Source: Patescibacteria group bacterium
GTDB taxonomy: Bacteria > Patescibacteriota > Patescibacteriia > Magasanikbacterales > UBA922
DNA length: 64,000 bases
NCBI GenBank assembly: GCA_018823045.1
Contig: JAHJIX010000017.1
Coordinates: 52,300-116,299 of the forward strand
Direction: 5' to 3'
In this document: piece after piece, positions 53,399 to 64,000 of the stretch
Numbering within the stretch: the stretch's first letter is position 1
How the letters are laid out: every line of letters begins with the position of its first letter
Notes under the pieces: model-generated
Databases searched by the model: none
The model's input: the letters and a program-made list of their open reading frames with translations, nothing else
What the model was told of the DNA's origin: nothing
Translations under genes and position numbers: made by a program

Positions 53399-56300
53399 TT
53401 AATTAATAGGAATAGGATGACGAGGAATATTTCCAAAGATTTGTTTAAGATTTGTTTCAACTGTTCCTATTGGTCGTATATTTTGACCGACTTTACTCAC
53501 ATTAAATACATGCCAATACTTTGCTGCTAAGTTTTCACTTGTATCTACCGATGCACTATCAAAAGTAAATGAATAATCTGGTGTATAGAGTGAGAGTAAA
53601 CCAAGTTGCTCTTTATGATATTCGTACACATCAACACTAATCCCTAAGTCAATAAAATTACCTATAGATAACTCTGCACCATCTGCAGAAATAATACTGA
53701 CAAAGAAAGCATAATGATAATCACTTGAAGTCATATCACCTATACCCAAAGTCATTGCACTGGCAACTGTTTCTTCTAATTCTCCAAATGCATGCATATA
53801 TACTCTATCAGACTGAGGATCACTTTCAAGATGACGTGTATTTGTTAGTTTTAACCATGCACAACTTGCTGCCGGTACCCAATATTCATCTTTTTCTTGT
53901 AAATCTCCACAAATATATGGTTGATCTTGGGTTGCTGACATGACTTGTAGTGCATTTAATGTATGAAATGTACTACTTGCTAATGGATAATTGGTCGTAT
54001 CATCTTGAAATCCATCTTCTGAATACAAATTCGCTAAAACAATAATATCTTCATCAATTTTTGATTTATCATAACGCACTACAATACGATAGACCTCTTC
54101 AGGTACAGCAGGAGAAAGCACAAACTCACGATTAATTACTCCTGCTTGATGAGTTACTGGATATGGGAAGAAGCTTGTATATTTTTCAATCTCATAACCA
54201 TACGTATCTTCATCTACAACAGCACTCTCTTGCCATGGATCACCAATGTTTAAACTATTTATGATACTCTCTCGATTAAATACCACCGCATATTCATCTT
54301 TACATAATGGATAGGTCTTTATTCCTAATTGAAGAGAATCTTCAATCCAGTTTCCATTATCCAAACGTTCTCTTTCGAAAAAGGCATCAAATGGATAATC
54401 ATTATTGTCAGCAAGTAACCATTGTGAATCTGTATATTTTTTATAATTAACACCTTCCCTATATCGATAATCTGGAAATACAGTATCTGAAATATCTTTC
54501 CAAAATGAATTACCTAACAAATCAGGATTTCCTAATTCATCCATATCAAATAATTCTTTTCTTATGGTAGGGCCCCACTGTTCTTCAGCATTCGGAATCC
54601 AAATATTTTCTCCCAAATCAAGTGTTTGATTATCTGTATATGTATCAACAACTGTATACCCATCACCCCCTTTTGTCGCTAAAACATTAAGCACAGATAT
54701 TTTTGGTACCGCTGACTCTGGGTCATTTGTCACCACTCCACATTCAACACAATTATTCACTACTTTTTTACAATCATCTGAACACTCATATGCCCCTTTA
54801 TCTGTACAAATTGCTTCTGCCACAGTTATACCATTTTCTTGGAAGCTTTCTGTCAACCAAGTTTCTGCTGCATCATATTTTTTAATAACAATACCATCTT
54901 GTGTATCACACTCTTCATAAGCTGGATCACCATTTTCGTCTACACCAACTTGATCAGTATCAATAATTCCATTACCGCACCATGCTGTTTGCTCACGGGT
55001 CATGACTCGACAATCAGCACTACAATACTCACAACTTTCACCATATGCAGGGTCACATACGATACCATTTTCTTCTCCTAAATCACAAACTTCGCGGAGA
55101 TTATCTACATTTGGTGATTGCACAACACCATCACCACAAGTTCCTGGTGGCGTTGTTGGTGGTGCTTGTTGGCCATCGTAAACTCCATCACAATATACGG
55201 CAACAAACAAGCTATGCTCTACTTGATTTTCCAAAAAATCTAATCCTAAAAATTCTGTTAAATCAGTTTCACAATCTACTGCACTGTCTCTTCCATAAAA
55301 TATAGTTGTATAATCACAGGTGAGACCATATGCCCTACAAACATCAGCTGCAGTTGTATTTTCATAGCAAGAATCAATTTGAGTATCAAAAAGATAATCA
55401 TCTCCCTCATTATTTATCACCACCATTGTACTCCCCACAGGATTTTCACTAAATGTTGCCTCGGCCTTACAAGCAAAATTTTCTTTCTGACATTCATTAC
55501 TACACCCATCTAAACTCTCTCTATTTCCATCATCACAAGCTTCACCTTCATCATATTGTACTTCTCCATCACCACAATATTCACCGTAATCTTGACAGGT
55601 GTATGAACAAGATTTTTCTTTCTCAAGTGCGTATGAGTTAAATTCATAAATTCTACTTCCTGAACCTTGACTAGAATATACAGAAGCATCACAGAGCTCT
55701 AATAAAGCAAGTGGTTGATCAGGAGAATTTGAAGCTTTATTAATAAATCCATCTTTATTTCTATCTAGATAGTCTTTTTCTATATTCCCACAAAACTGCC
55801 AATGTGGCCCTTTACATGCTTTTACACGATTAGGATCATCACCACCCAAATAATCAGAACAGTGACCATATGTTCCATTTAACTCACCATCATCACATAC
55901 TTCATACCTTTCAATAATACCATTACCACAGTCAAATTCGGGTTCACAACTTCCATACTCAAACTCACAAGTATCAGAACATGTTTTTTGTGCATGATTG
56001 TTATCAAAACAACTACCATTATCAGTTTCTACCACCCATTCAATAAACTTCCCGGGTGGATCACATTGTTCACCACTACTTACAATACCATCACCACAAC
56101 GAGCACCAAAAGGACTGTGCACCTGCTCTGGTTGGCACCAACGAGTATCACTTACATGATCACTATTAATACCAAATACTTCTGACACAATATTATATGA
56201 TGTATCAAAATATTCAAACGGAACATGTAATGTATAATCATCTCCCTGACTTTCATATTCAAAAGTACTCATGCTCACAGGGCAAATAAATTGTGCAACC

Positions 56301-59300
56301 CCTTCATCCCAACAGGTTTGTGCATCGAGCTGTGTACAGGTATTATTTTCTCCCGGGCAATCACTATCTGCAGTACAACTCGTTACTTGTACTGTTTGAC
56401 CACTTGCGACTACTTGTTGTGGTAGCGATTCATTTGGTACACCATCTAAATTATCATCCAGTCGCCACTCCCCATCAAGACAAACCTTATTACTACCATA
56501 TTCTAATCCCCGCACTGCTGTATCCCATATTTCTCCATCAGGACGACAAGAATCATCTTCTGGCATAAATCCACATTCATTTCTTCCACAACACACACCT
56601 ATATCTCCCCCTATTTTACTACATTTTCCTGTTTGACATTCATTATCTTGTGTACACTCACTTTGTCTCGCTAAATCTCCTGTTTCACCTAAAAATTCTT
56701 CTACAGGAACTTCAACTATTTCTGTACAACGACCACAACTACTCCACTGATCAATTGGATCTTTTTGCGTCGTTCCAATGGCAGCACCAAATACATTGCC
56801 CCATGATGGCCAACGACTATTCACATAGTTTGGAATATACGTTCCTGAAGCAAGTGCAGGGTACAAACTATCTCCTGCATAATCTTCTAATTTGTCAACA
56901 ACTGTTCCTGCACGATTTAAACGATCCCAATCACGTAAAAATTTTGTTTTCACATTAGAACACACTCCGTTTGTCCCTTCACGTGGATATCCTTCACTCG
57001 TACGACAATCTAAATCAGTAGAACAAGACACATCAACATCAGCAACAATATTTGCTCGATCATCATGAGGAACACGTCTATTAATTAATGGAATATTTTC
57101 ATCAACATCACTGGCAAGACAATATCCTAAATCACTTAAATTTGTATTAAAGGCAAGAGAAGCTAGTAATTGATCAAAGACGGTTCGTGTACTATCTTGT
57201 GCTCCAGCATTAATACTTAAGAGCATTATATTATTATATACATTACCATTACTTTCATTGAGCACATTTATATAGTAATTATTTCCATCAGTAATGGCAT
57301 CATACCCTGCCACTGAAATTCCTTGCATATCATCAGCACTCCCTGGTAATGTAAATTGATCTAAAAACCAACTCATTGCAGACATACGCTCGGTATTTGA
57401 AAATAATTGCATTCCTATGACATCTTCATTTTGTTCATTAAAGAATAATGTTCTGTAAAGTAAATTTTCACCCATGGCTACATTAAAACTACCTGTATCT
57501 TCTGGTTTACAATCAGGAATACCATTTTGATTTGTATCAATTATAGCAGATAAACCACCTTGAGATAATAACGATTTATCATTACTATTAATAACTCCAT
57601 TACAATCAATGTCTGCTTCATTTACTGTTGATTGCATACATCCTTCCATACCCACAATCATCCATCCATAACATTGAACATCTAGTATCGTTATTTGTCC
57701 ATCATTTGTAATATCTCCATACAAAGAAGTATTACGATCAGCGGTCACCACAGCACGTAAATACGGCAAATCATCTGTCTCAATACCAGACAAACCATCA
57801 TCTGTACAATACCCCATACTAAAATTATAAACATCATTTGTGTATGGATACAATACTCGTTCAGGCCAAGGTCTTTCACAAAAATCAGCAATAAGTTGTG
57901 TCGTCCCACTGATAATATTTCCCTCTTGATCTCCACTACTATCTGCAACAATGGTTACTTGTGCAGCGGCAAATAATTCTCCTTCAATATCTTTTGAGGC
58001 AATCGTTATTTGTGCAGTTTCATCTGTCTCTGGTGGTAATGGAATAGAAAACAATGCATTATTTTCTGGTCCCCAAGACCATACCCAGTCATATGAATCT
58101 GTCGGTTGAATAAATTGTCCAGATGTACTTTCTACTAATGCCTCAAATACTTGTGATTCTGATGGCGTTGTAAAGAGTGCAGTACTTGGTACAACTGAAA
58201 TTTCTTTAATGCGACAAATATCTTCACCTGTGCTAAAAGTAAACACATCATCAGATGGGAAGACTCCTTGTATCTCATTTTTTCCACGAATACTGACTCC
58301 TTCTGCATTCACAATACCTGAAAGACCACCTTGTAATACCACGGCATATGTTTCTGTTGGATCTAAAATATCTGTAAGCTGAACATGAATTTGTGTTTGG
58401 ACTTCGTCGGTATCCACTTCTTCAATATAATTTACTTCTGTTTGTACTCCTGGGACAAGACACCATACTGCCATATCTCCTGCAGCAGCAGAAACATTAT
58501 CGCTAAATAATCCAACAAACCAATCACGAATTGATTGCCAGATTCGTTTAAAAAATCCGACAGGCTCACCTGCTTGTACAAAGAATTGATGGACATCGTT
58601 CGTTACATCTTTTGTCACACAAATATGCTCTTCATCAGTGTACCCTTGCGCAAGTAACACAGAACCTTCAACACTGTCTTCATCAATACGCTCATCAAAT
58701 GTGACAGAAATAGCCACATTTCGACACATCCCAATCGCTTCATCTTCAGGATAGGTATAACTATATGTTGGACGAGGATAACAGCAAGAATTAAATCCAA
58801 CACCCTCTGTATTCCCTTCATTATCAGGGCAATCGTTTACTGTACTTACTGGGACATCTGTATAGGCAACAATACGCACATCATCAATAAATGCAATGCC
58901 CCCTGAATTACTAAATCGAGTTAAAAATGGAGTCCCAGCATTTTCTGGAAGAGTAAATACTCGCTCATAATATACCCAAGAACCATTTGTTAACCCAAGT
59001 ATAGAACCTGCACCTTCAAAATCATTATTTGCACGATTATTTACACCAATAATATGTGATAGGGTTCCAGAATCAATACGATACCAAAATGATACTTGAT
59101 ATGTTTTTCCTGCCTCCATTGCTAAATCTGTTTGATATAGTCCTCCCCCATTTATTGTTTCTCCTAATAACAAACTTCTATTTCCATTATGAAAAACATC
59201 TGTTGTTTTTCTCCAATCAGTATTGCCACCCCAACCACGCCAAAAATCAATATCATCTCTTTCCATGTCACCATCATTGACCAAATTACTCGTATATGCG

Positions 59301-62300
59301 GTTGAAATCCATTCGCTATATCCACACATCAATTGATACGCCCCATCACCATACACATCTTCTTCAATATCAACCAATGTACTATCTGGTAACTCAAGAC
59401 GAAGCGCCCGTGCACGTACACTTGTTTCTTGTACCGGGTCTTCTGCCGCAATATTTTTACCAACGGCAGTAACTACTTGTATTGGATTTTGTCCTAATTG
59501 TGCCCGTGTTTGTGCTGTAACAACTTCACAACCTGCATATTCTCCAATACCGACAACACTATCACCACAAAATGATGATTCATCATAAAGTACAGAAGAA
59601 CCAATTAATTGACATGTTGCATCATAGCACCCCGGTGTTCCTGGTTGACAACGAAGTCCCCCAAGGTCAACACTACGTACAGCTAATCCTAATTCACAAA
59701 TATTTACTGCCAAACAACTATTACTACAATATCTTTCCGGATTTCTATTACGAGGAAGTGTTACTCTTCCATTTTGTCCTGCAAGATAGAGATTTCCATC
59801 AATAACTTCACATGACTCTCCTACTTCAAATATACCATTTCCACAAACACTAAGAGCAGAACTACAGGCACGATAAATTTCATCTGAATCATCTTGATGA
59901 ATACTACACCATACTTGAGATAATGATGTCCCTTCGTGCAAACATTGTGCAGAACATAATTCACTAGATAAATATTTTTGATCTTCTGGAGCACCAGCAT
60001 ATGACAAAGCAATATCACAATCTTCTCCTGTAGTTACTTCTCGACTTCCACACCATGGAACATCTTCCCCTTGTGGTTCTTGTCTTGATGAACCGGTATT
60101 TAAACAAGTATTTGAACAAAAATCACTATCATTATCACATTCTTCTCCAACAGATGCTTCAACAACACCATTTCCACATGATCCAGCCCCATTCCCCACT
60201 TGCTCATTTCCTGGACGAAGACAAGATAAGGTACAACTTGCACCAATAACTTCTTGTGGCAACGCAATATCACAATCTTCTCCTGGACCAACGACTCCAT
60301 CACCACATAAAGATGGTAATCGTGTATAGTCAGCACTAGACACATCACTTCCAGCAAGTAAACAACCAGAAGTACAGTAGGGTTTTTCTTCTACAGCAGA
60401 AGCAAAGTCGCTAATAGTAGCAACGGAAGAATCAAGTACTGACCAATTCCAACCATATTCCCACGGATTTAATTCTTGTCCAATAGGACTACACTCATTT
60501 CTTGCACTGTATGGTAATGATAAATATTTTGTTTTTTCTCCAATATTATTTGCAACAAAAGATACAGGATCGATCCGAATAGAATCAAGAACACAATACC
60601 CATCAACTGATTTTGTTCTAAATTTCCAACTAAACGGAGTAAGCGCTGGTCCTGCTAATGGAAGAGGCTCTGCAAAACGTGCAATAGAATCAATTGCGTC
60701 TGTTGCTTCAACAAGATACCAAGTATTTTCTTCTAAGACCTCTCGTGGATTTGCACGATATATATAATAATTTTCCTGTAGAGCATCCAGAGCTATTTCA
60801 TCAGTAACACGATTAATATCTTCCATTTGACACGCCTCATTGGCACAACGATACAAATGGATGCCGTCATCATACGTATCAGGAATCATTGCGCGATTAA
60901 ACCGAAGTCCAATGACTGCATTCGTACATGATTCTGCACAGTTTGGCCAATTATCAATAACTTTTGGATCTCCAATATTTATGACTAATTCAGATAAAGC
61001 TTGCATTGGTCCAAGTGCATCTTCATTAGATAAGTTCGCTGTAATTTCTACCACATCTGGCGCAGTATGTTCTAAAGCATCAACCACTGCACGAGAGTCA
61101 GTATACACACGACCACCGACATTTCCTGCCTGTAATTGTACCTCTGCACGCAAGTCATTACTTCTCCATTCCCATCCTAAACCATCGGCTGATAATGGTT
61201 GACATACTTTTTCTCCTCGTCCCCACACATTATAATATAATGGATATACAGGATTAAAAATATGTGTACTATCAAAAGCATAACGTGGATCTTGTAGACG
61301 CCCTAAATAACTGGCCGTATGATCGGGTGGTTCAATTGCGGCATGTTGAATTTCGCAAGCACCATTCCCTGTTTTAAATTCAAAACAATACGCTGTTCCA
61401 TCTCCACAAGGACGTGTTGCTTGTAGTGGATATGATTTTTCTTCAATTGCTCCTAAAATTTGTACTTGTTCAAGTGATTGAATACTGTCAGCTAACTCTA
61501 CACGATACCATTGGTTTGGATTTAACAGGATACCATCATGAGGTTCCCAAATATAGAGTGCTGGATGGATATAACTAATAACCGTGTCATTAACTTCTTG
61601 TTTATTTGTACAATCAGGACTTCCATAAAGTTCATCACAAGTAAACATTTTCACAAAATCACTTGTAAGTGTCTCTTCATCCATTCCAACACTAAATTTC
61701 ACAAGAATTGATGCATTTAAACAAGATTCTTGCCCTTGAGGGCGTTGCGCCCAAGGTGCAGGTGATGGCAATGCCATTGCCGCTCCCTCTGTATGCCATT
61801 CTCCTTGTGCACATTCTTCAAGCACACGAGGAAAATTAGGGATAATTCCTGAACTAAATCTCCAGACATACCCAGCGTCTCGTGTTTCTCCTGCACAAAT
61901 AAATCCTTCTTCTTTCCATTGTCCCGCTTCCGTTCCACTTTCACAACAATGATAATTTTCTCCAGGATTCCCATCTCCATCACGACAATCAAGTACAGTG
62001 TAATACACAGGATTACTTAACTTTCCATCAACAACCACTCGGATAGGATTGTCTCCTCGCATGAGCGTTTGTCCTTCATCAGTAAATGGAAGGTATGTTT
62101 TTAACATGTCTCCATCATTATTTGATACTACTCCTGCAAGAATAGCATCACCATTCATCCGTGTTTCATTTGCTGAAGATAACCACGTACTCATGATGTC
62201 ATTAAGATCATCACTTGCTTGTGCGGCTGTATTCCAATAATATACCGTTGGATCATTTGAAATATTTATTCCGTAAATTGCAAGTGGGTCAGCATCTTCT

Positions 62301-64000
62301 GCTAATGGAGCAGTCCCTATTTGTGGGAGTATTGCACAAAGCCCTGGTTGTGGACCACCAGCAATAATATCTAAACGTTCGGTGCTATTTGATAAAAATC
62401 CATCGGCATTACGCACGACTGGATAATATGTCCCTTCTTCTACTTCTGCTGTGTTTGGAATTTTTATAATAATATGATTATTACTCCATGTATCTCCGCA
62501 AAAAGCATGTTCTACTTCTGCCAACACACATGTTTGTGGTGTACACGTTTGCCCAAGTTCTGGATTTGTAGCCAAATAAACAACACCTACGGCTTCCCCA
62601 AACCGTTCTCCACTCACAGTAACAAAACTACCTTTTGTTGTCTCTCTTGGACTAATATCTGTAATGAATGGCGTATGCTCTGCAGCATTTGGGTCAGCAA
62701 TATTTAAAGGATATTGATTACTCACTTCTCCTTCTACTTCTACAAAAACACCAACACGCCCAAAGATACGAGGGACTTCTGTTTGTACCATCGTATTATT
62801 CCAAAAACTAAAACCATTATCACGAGTACCAAACACTATTTTTCGGTCTCCTTCTGTCCCAAAGCCTTTTCCTTGTACTGCAACGGCTATTTCAGGAGCA
62901 GCCGCAGTAATAACTGGCCCAATATTTCCATCAACAATTTCTTTTATGACACAAATACCCGGGCGACTTACATTATTATTTACAAATATTCCTAAGCGTG
63001 GACCTGGTTTTGGTCCATGTGCGTCGGTACTTGTATCTTCAAAAGTAAGATCCATTGCTTTTTGTACACGAATACGTGCTGGAGTTCCTTGTGGCAATGC
63101 TGCCGGCACACTCACGATAATCCAATTATCTCTCCATAAATCATTTCCTAAACATTCCTCAGGTAAAAATGCTTCATAGCTTTGAAGAACAACACCGCTA
63201 TCATTTACTGTATCAAAAAATACACGTCCAACATCTTCTCCAAAAAACTTTCCTTCAATAGTTACTAAATTACCACTTGCACCATCCCAAGAATTTGGGG
63301 TCATCCCAGTAATCATTGGCCATACAATACATTGATTATCCACACAACGATTTGACGCGCACTCCCAATCTTCAGTACAAGCACCCATACCTAAACATGA
63401 ACCACCAATATCAACTCCTGTCTCATCTCCATCTTGAATACCATTTGAACATGTTTCTCCAACCAATACAAAATGACTTTCTTTTACTTCTTGATTTGAA
63501 TCAATATCAGTAGCAGTCATCACAACCGTATATCGCGCAGGGACAGGAATACCTACCCCAAGTGGAAATTGATACAATATGTCTATCGCATTTTTAGCAG
63601 CATCAATGTCTACCCGTGGTGCATTATAGCGAAATACTTCATCATCACCGCCATCACGAAATACATGTGTTTCGACGAGTGATACTCCTCCTTGATCATT
63701 TTTACGATCTTTTACAACACTCTGCACAGAAAAATTTTGTCCTCGCTGTAATATAATTCCATTAACACCCGCTACTTCTTCTGTTTTCCCATCAATTTCA
63801 ATTGCATCTATTGTTGGTTTTACTTGATCTAGTTGATCTTTATTATTTTGAAATTTACTCTTTGCTTTAAAGACACCACACACCGTATCTGTTTGTAAAA
63901 CTTGTCCAAAATTATCTTCTAATAGTTCATTTACATCTACGATATACGTATCTACTGGCAAACAAGACTCATGCTGATTGTTTTGACAAACGGCAGTATC
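53399..64000 (-). CDS. Giant (>3530 aa) Cys-rich surface protein with Myxococcus-type cysteine-rich repeats (CGDG…E-CDDGN). 5' end beyond window.
   Basis: The ORF-track frame starts at a TTG at 63961, but the frame remains open to 64000 (…DTAVCQNNQHESCLPVDTY…). Multiple CGDGVV…GE-CD/ CGNGII…CDDGELNG repeats and DTDGDG motifs. No internal stops over 10.6 kb. Confidence 0.8.
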   Translation of the reverse strand, partial: DTAVCQNNQHESCLPVDTYIVDVNELLEDNFGQVLQTDTVCGVFKAKSKFQNNKDQLDQVKPTIDAIEIDGKTEEVAGVNGIILQRGQNFSVQSVVKDRKNDQGGVSLVETHVFRDGGDDEVFRYNAPRVDIDAAKNAIDILYQFPLGVGIPVPARYTVVMTATDIDSNQEVKESHFVLVGETCSNGIQDGDETGVDIGGSCLGMGACTEDWECASNRCVDNQCIVWPMITGMTPNSWDGASGNLVTIEGKFFGEDVGRVFFDTVNDSGVVLQSYEAFLPEECLGNDLWRDNWIIVSVPAALPQGTPARIRVQKAMDLTFEDTSTDAHGPKPGPRLGIFVNNNVSRPGICVIKEIVDGNIGPVITAAAPEIAVAVQGKGFGTEGDRKIVFGTRDNGFSFWNNTMVQTEVPRIFGRVGVFVEVEGEVSNQYPLNIADPNAAEHTPFITDISPRETTKGSFVTVSGERFGEAVGVVYLATNPELGQTCTPQTCVLAEVEHAFCGDTWSNNHIIIKIPNTAEVEEGTYYPVVRNADGFLSNSTERLDIIAGGPQPGLCAILPQIGTAPLAEDADPLAIYGINISNDPTVYYWNTAAQASDDLNDIMSTWLSSANETRMNGDAILAGVVSNNDGDMLKTYLPFTDEGQTLMRGDNPIRVVVDGKLSNPVYYTVLDCRDGDGNPGENYHCCESGTEAGQWKEEGFICAGETRDAGYVWRFSSGIIPNFPRVLEECAQGEWHTEGAAMALPSPAPWAQRPQGQESCLNASILVKFSVGMDEETLTSDFVKMFTCDELYGSPDCTNKQEVNDTVISYIHPALYIWEPHDGILLNPNQWYRVELADSIQSLEQVQILGAIEEKSYPLQATRPCGDGTAYCFEFKTGNGACEIQHAAIEPPDHTASYLGRLQDPRYAFDSTHIFNPVYPLYYNVWGRGEKVCQPLSADGLGWEWRSNDLRAEVQLQAGNVGGRVYTDSRAVVDALEHTAPDVVEITANLSNEDALGPMQALSELVINIGDPKVIDNWPNCAESCTNAVIGLRFNRAMIPDTYDDGIHLYRCANEACQMEDINRVTDEIALDALQENYYIYRANPREVLEENTWYLVEATDAIDSIARFAEPLPLAGPALTPFSWKFRTKSVDGYCVLDSIRIDPVSFVANNIGEKTKYLSLPYSARNECSPIGQELNPWEYGWNWSVLDSSVATISDFASAVEEKPYCTSGCLLAGSDVSSADYTRLPSLCGDGVVGPGEDCDIALPQEVIGASCTLSCLRPGNEQVGNGAGSCGNGVVEASVGEECDNDSDFCSNTCLNTGSSRQEPQGEDVPWCGSREVTTGEDCDIALSYAGAPEDQKYLSSELCSAQCLHEGTSLSQVWCSIHQDDSDEIYRACSSALSVCGNGIFEVGESCEVIDGNLYLAGQNGRVTLPRNRNPERYCSNSCLAVNICELGLAVRSVDLGGLRCQPGTPGCYDATCQLIGSSVLYDESSFCGDSVVGIGEYAGCEVVTAQTRAQLGQNPIQVVTAVGKNIAAEDPVQETSVRARALRLELPDSTLVDIEEDVYGDGAYQLMCGYSEWISTAYTSNLVNDGDMERDDIDFWRGWGGNTDWRKTTDVFHNGNRSLLLGETINGGGLYQTDLAMEAGKTYQVSFWYRIDSGTLSHIIGVNNRANNDFEGAGSILGLTNGSWVYYERVFTLPENAGTPFLTRFSNSGGIAFIDDVRIVAYTDVPVSTVNDCPDNEGNTEGVGFNSCCYPRPTYSYTYPEDEAIGMCRNVAISVTFDERIDEDSVEGSVLLAQGYTDEEHICVTKDVTNDVHQFFVQAGEPVGFFKRIWQSIRDWFVGLFSDNVSAAAGDMAVWCLVPGVQTEVNYIEEVDTDEVQTQIHVQLTDILDPTETYAVVLQGGLSGIVNAEGVSIRGKNEIQGVFPSDDVFTFSTGEDICRIKEISVVPSTALFTTPSESQVFEALVESTSGQFIQPTDSYDWVWSWGPENNALFSIPLPPETDETAQITIASKDIEGELFAAAQVTIVADSSGDQEGNIISGTTQLIADFCERPWPERVLYPYTNDVYNFSMGYCTDDGLSGIETDDLPYLRAVVTADRNTSLYGDITNDGQITILDVQCYGWMIVGMEGCMQSTVNEADIDCNGVINSNDKSLLSQGGLSAIIDTNQNGIPDCKPEDTGSFNVAMGENLLYRTLFFNEQNEDVIGMQLFSNTERMSAMSWFLDQFTLPGSADDMQGISVAGYDAITDGNNYYINVLNESNGNVYNNIMLLSINAGAQDSTRTVFDQLLASLAFNTNLSDLGYCLASDVDENIPLINRRVPHDDRANIVADVDVSCSTDLDCRTSEGYPREGTNGVCSNVKTKFLRDWDRLNRAGTVVDKLEDYAGDSLYPALASGTYIPNYVNSRWPSWGNVFGAAIGTTQKDPIDQWSSCGRCTEIVEVPVEEFLGETGDLARQSECTQDNECQTGKCSKIGGDIGVCCGRNECGFMPEDDSCRPDGEIWDTAVRGLEYGSNKVCLDGEWRLDDNLDGVPNESLPQQVVASGQTVQVTSCTADSDCPGENNTCTQLDAQTCWDEGVAQFICPVSMSTFEYESQGDDYTLHVPFEYFDTSYNIVSEVFGINSDHVSDTRWCQPEQVHSPFGARCGDGIVSSGEQCDPPGKFIEWVVETDNGSCFDNNHAQKTCSDTCEFEYGSCEPEFDCGNGIIERYEVCDDGELNGTYGHCSDYLGGDDPNRVKACKGPHWQFCGNIEKDYLDRNKDGFINKASNSPDQPLALLELCDASVYSSQGSGSRIYEFNSYALEKEKSCSYTCQDYGEYCGDGEVQYDEGEACDDGNRESLDGCSNECQKENFACKAEATFSENPVGSTMVVINNEGDDYLFDTQIDSCYENTTAADVCRAYGLTCDYTTIFYGRDSAVDCETDLTEFLGLDFLENQVEHSLFVAVYCDGVYDGQQAPPTTPPGTCGDGVVQSPNVDNLREVCDLGEENGIVCDPAYGESCEYCSADCRVMTREQTAWCGNGIIDTDQVGVDENGDPAYEECDTQDGIVIKKYDAAETWLTESFQENGITVAEAICTDKGAYECSDDCKKVVNNCVECGVVTNDPESAVPKISVLNVLATKGGDGYTVVDTYTDNQTLDLGENIWIPNAEEQWGPTIRKELFDMDELGNPDLLGNSFWKDISDTVFPDYRYREGVNYKKYTDSQWLLADNNDYPFDAFFERERLDNGNWIEDSLQLGIKTYPLCKDEYAVVFNRESIINSLNIGDPWQESAVVDEDTYGYEIEKYTSFFPYPVTHQAGVINREFVLSPAVPEEVYRIVVRYDKSKIDEDIIVLANLYSEDGFQDDTTNYPLASSTFHTLNALQVMSATQDQPYICGDLQEKDEYWVPAASCAWLKLTNTRHLESDPQSDRVYMHAFGELEETVASAMTLGIGDMTSSDYHYAFFVSIISADGAELSIGNFIDLGISVDVYEYHKEQLGLLSLYTPDYSFTFDSASVDTSENLAAKYWHVFNVSKVGQNIRPIGTVETNLKQIFGNIPRHPIPIN

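Overview
This is a 64-kb window from a low-GC (about one-third GC) bacterial chromosome, mostly coding on the minus strand. The gene content suggests a reduced-genome lineage. Evidence for that includes giant Cys-rich surface proteins with Myxococcus-type cysteine-rich (CGDG…CDDGN) repeats, many small hypothetical membrane proteins, and the absence of in-frame UGA in conserved genes. The lineage is possibly Patescibacteria (CPR) or Dependentiae-like, but it cannot be assigned from sequence alone.

Recognisable core genes: ftsA-ftsZ-nrdR, ybeY-dgkA, ppsA-pyk, smpB followed by a tmRNA gene (ssrA), infC-rpmI-rplT, and tRNA-Asp(GUC). There is a metal-sensor-like (CsoR/RcnR family) repressor-HlyD adaptor-RND pump operon with a palindromic operator. 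There is also a cell-envelope glycan cluster (two GT4 glycosyltransferases, O-antigen-ligase-like protein, radical-SAM protein, secreted glycoside-hydrolase-like/FG-GAP protein).

Accessory content is dense and is the most interesting part:
- A family of at least seven nested-palindrome repeat elements (core ACGTCATTGCGAG/CTCGCAATGACGT) is scattered through intergenic DNA. Direct copies bracket a Phd/RelE toxin-antitoxin cassette and a GIY-YIG gene. In one place the repeat supplies the C-terminus of a KilA-N protein.
- A 4.4-kb GC-rich (~55-65%) island carries a thrombospondin type-3 (TSP3) repeat lipoprotein plus an outer-membrane beta-barrel protein. Both are foreign to the surrounding composition.
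- A three-gene module encodes a 1779-aa Gly-zipper/coiled-coil protein.
- An integrated element at tRNA-Asp carries a serine recombinase reading into the tRNA, an HTH protein, an m5C methyltransferase with a putative restriction enzyme, a tyrosine integrase, two ASCH proteins, and an orphan class-I aminoacyl-tRNA-synthetase-like protein.
- Three tandem paralogous membrane proteins with EF-hand-like DxDxDG loops sit next to a >3500-aa giant surface protein that runs off the window end.
- Small TA components are present (HicB, MazF-like, Phd/RelE).
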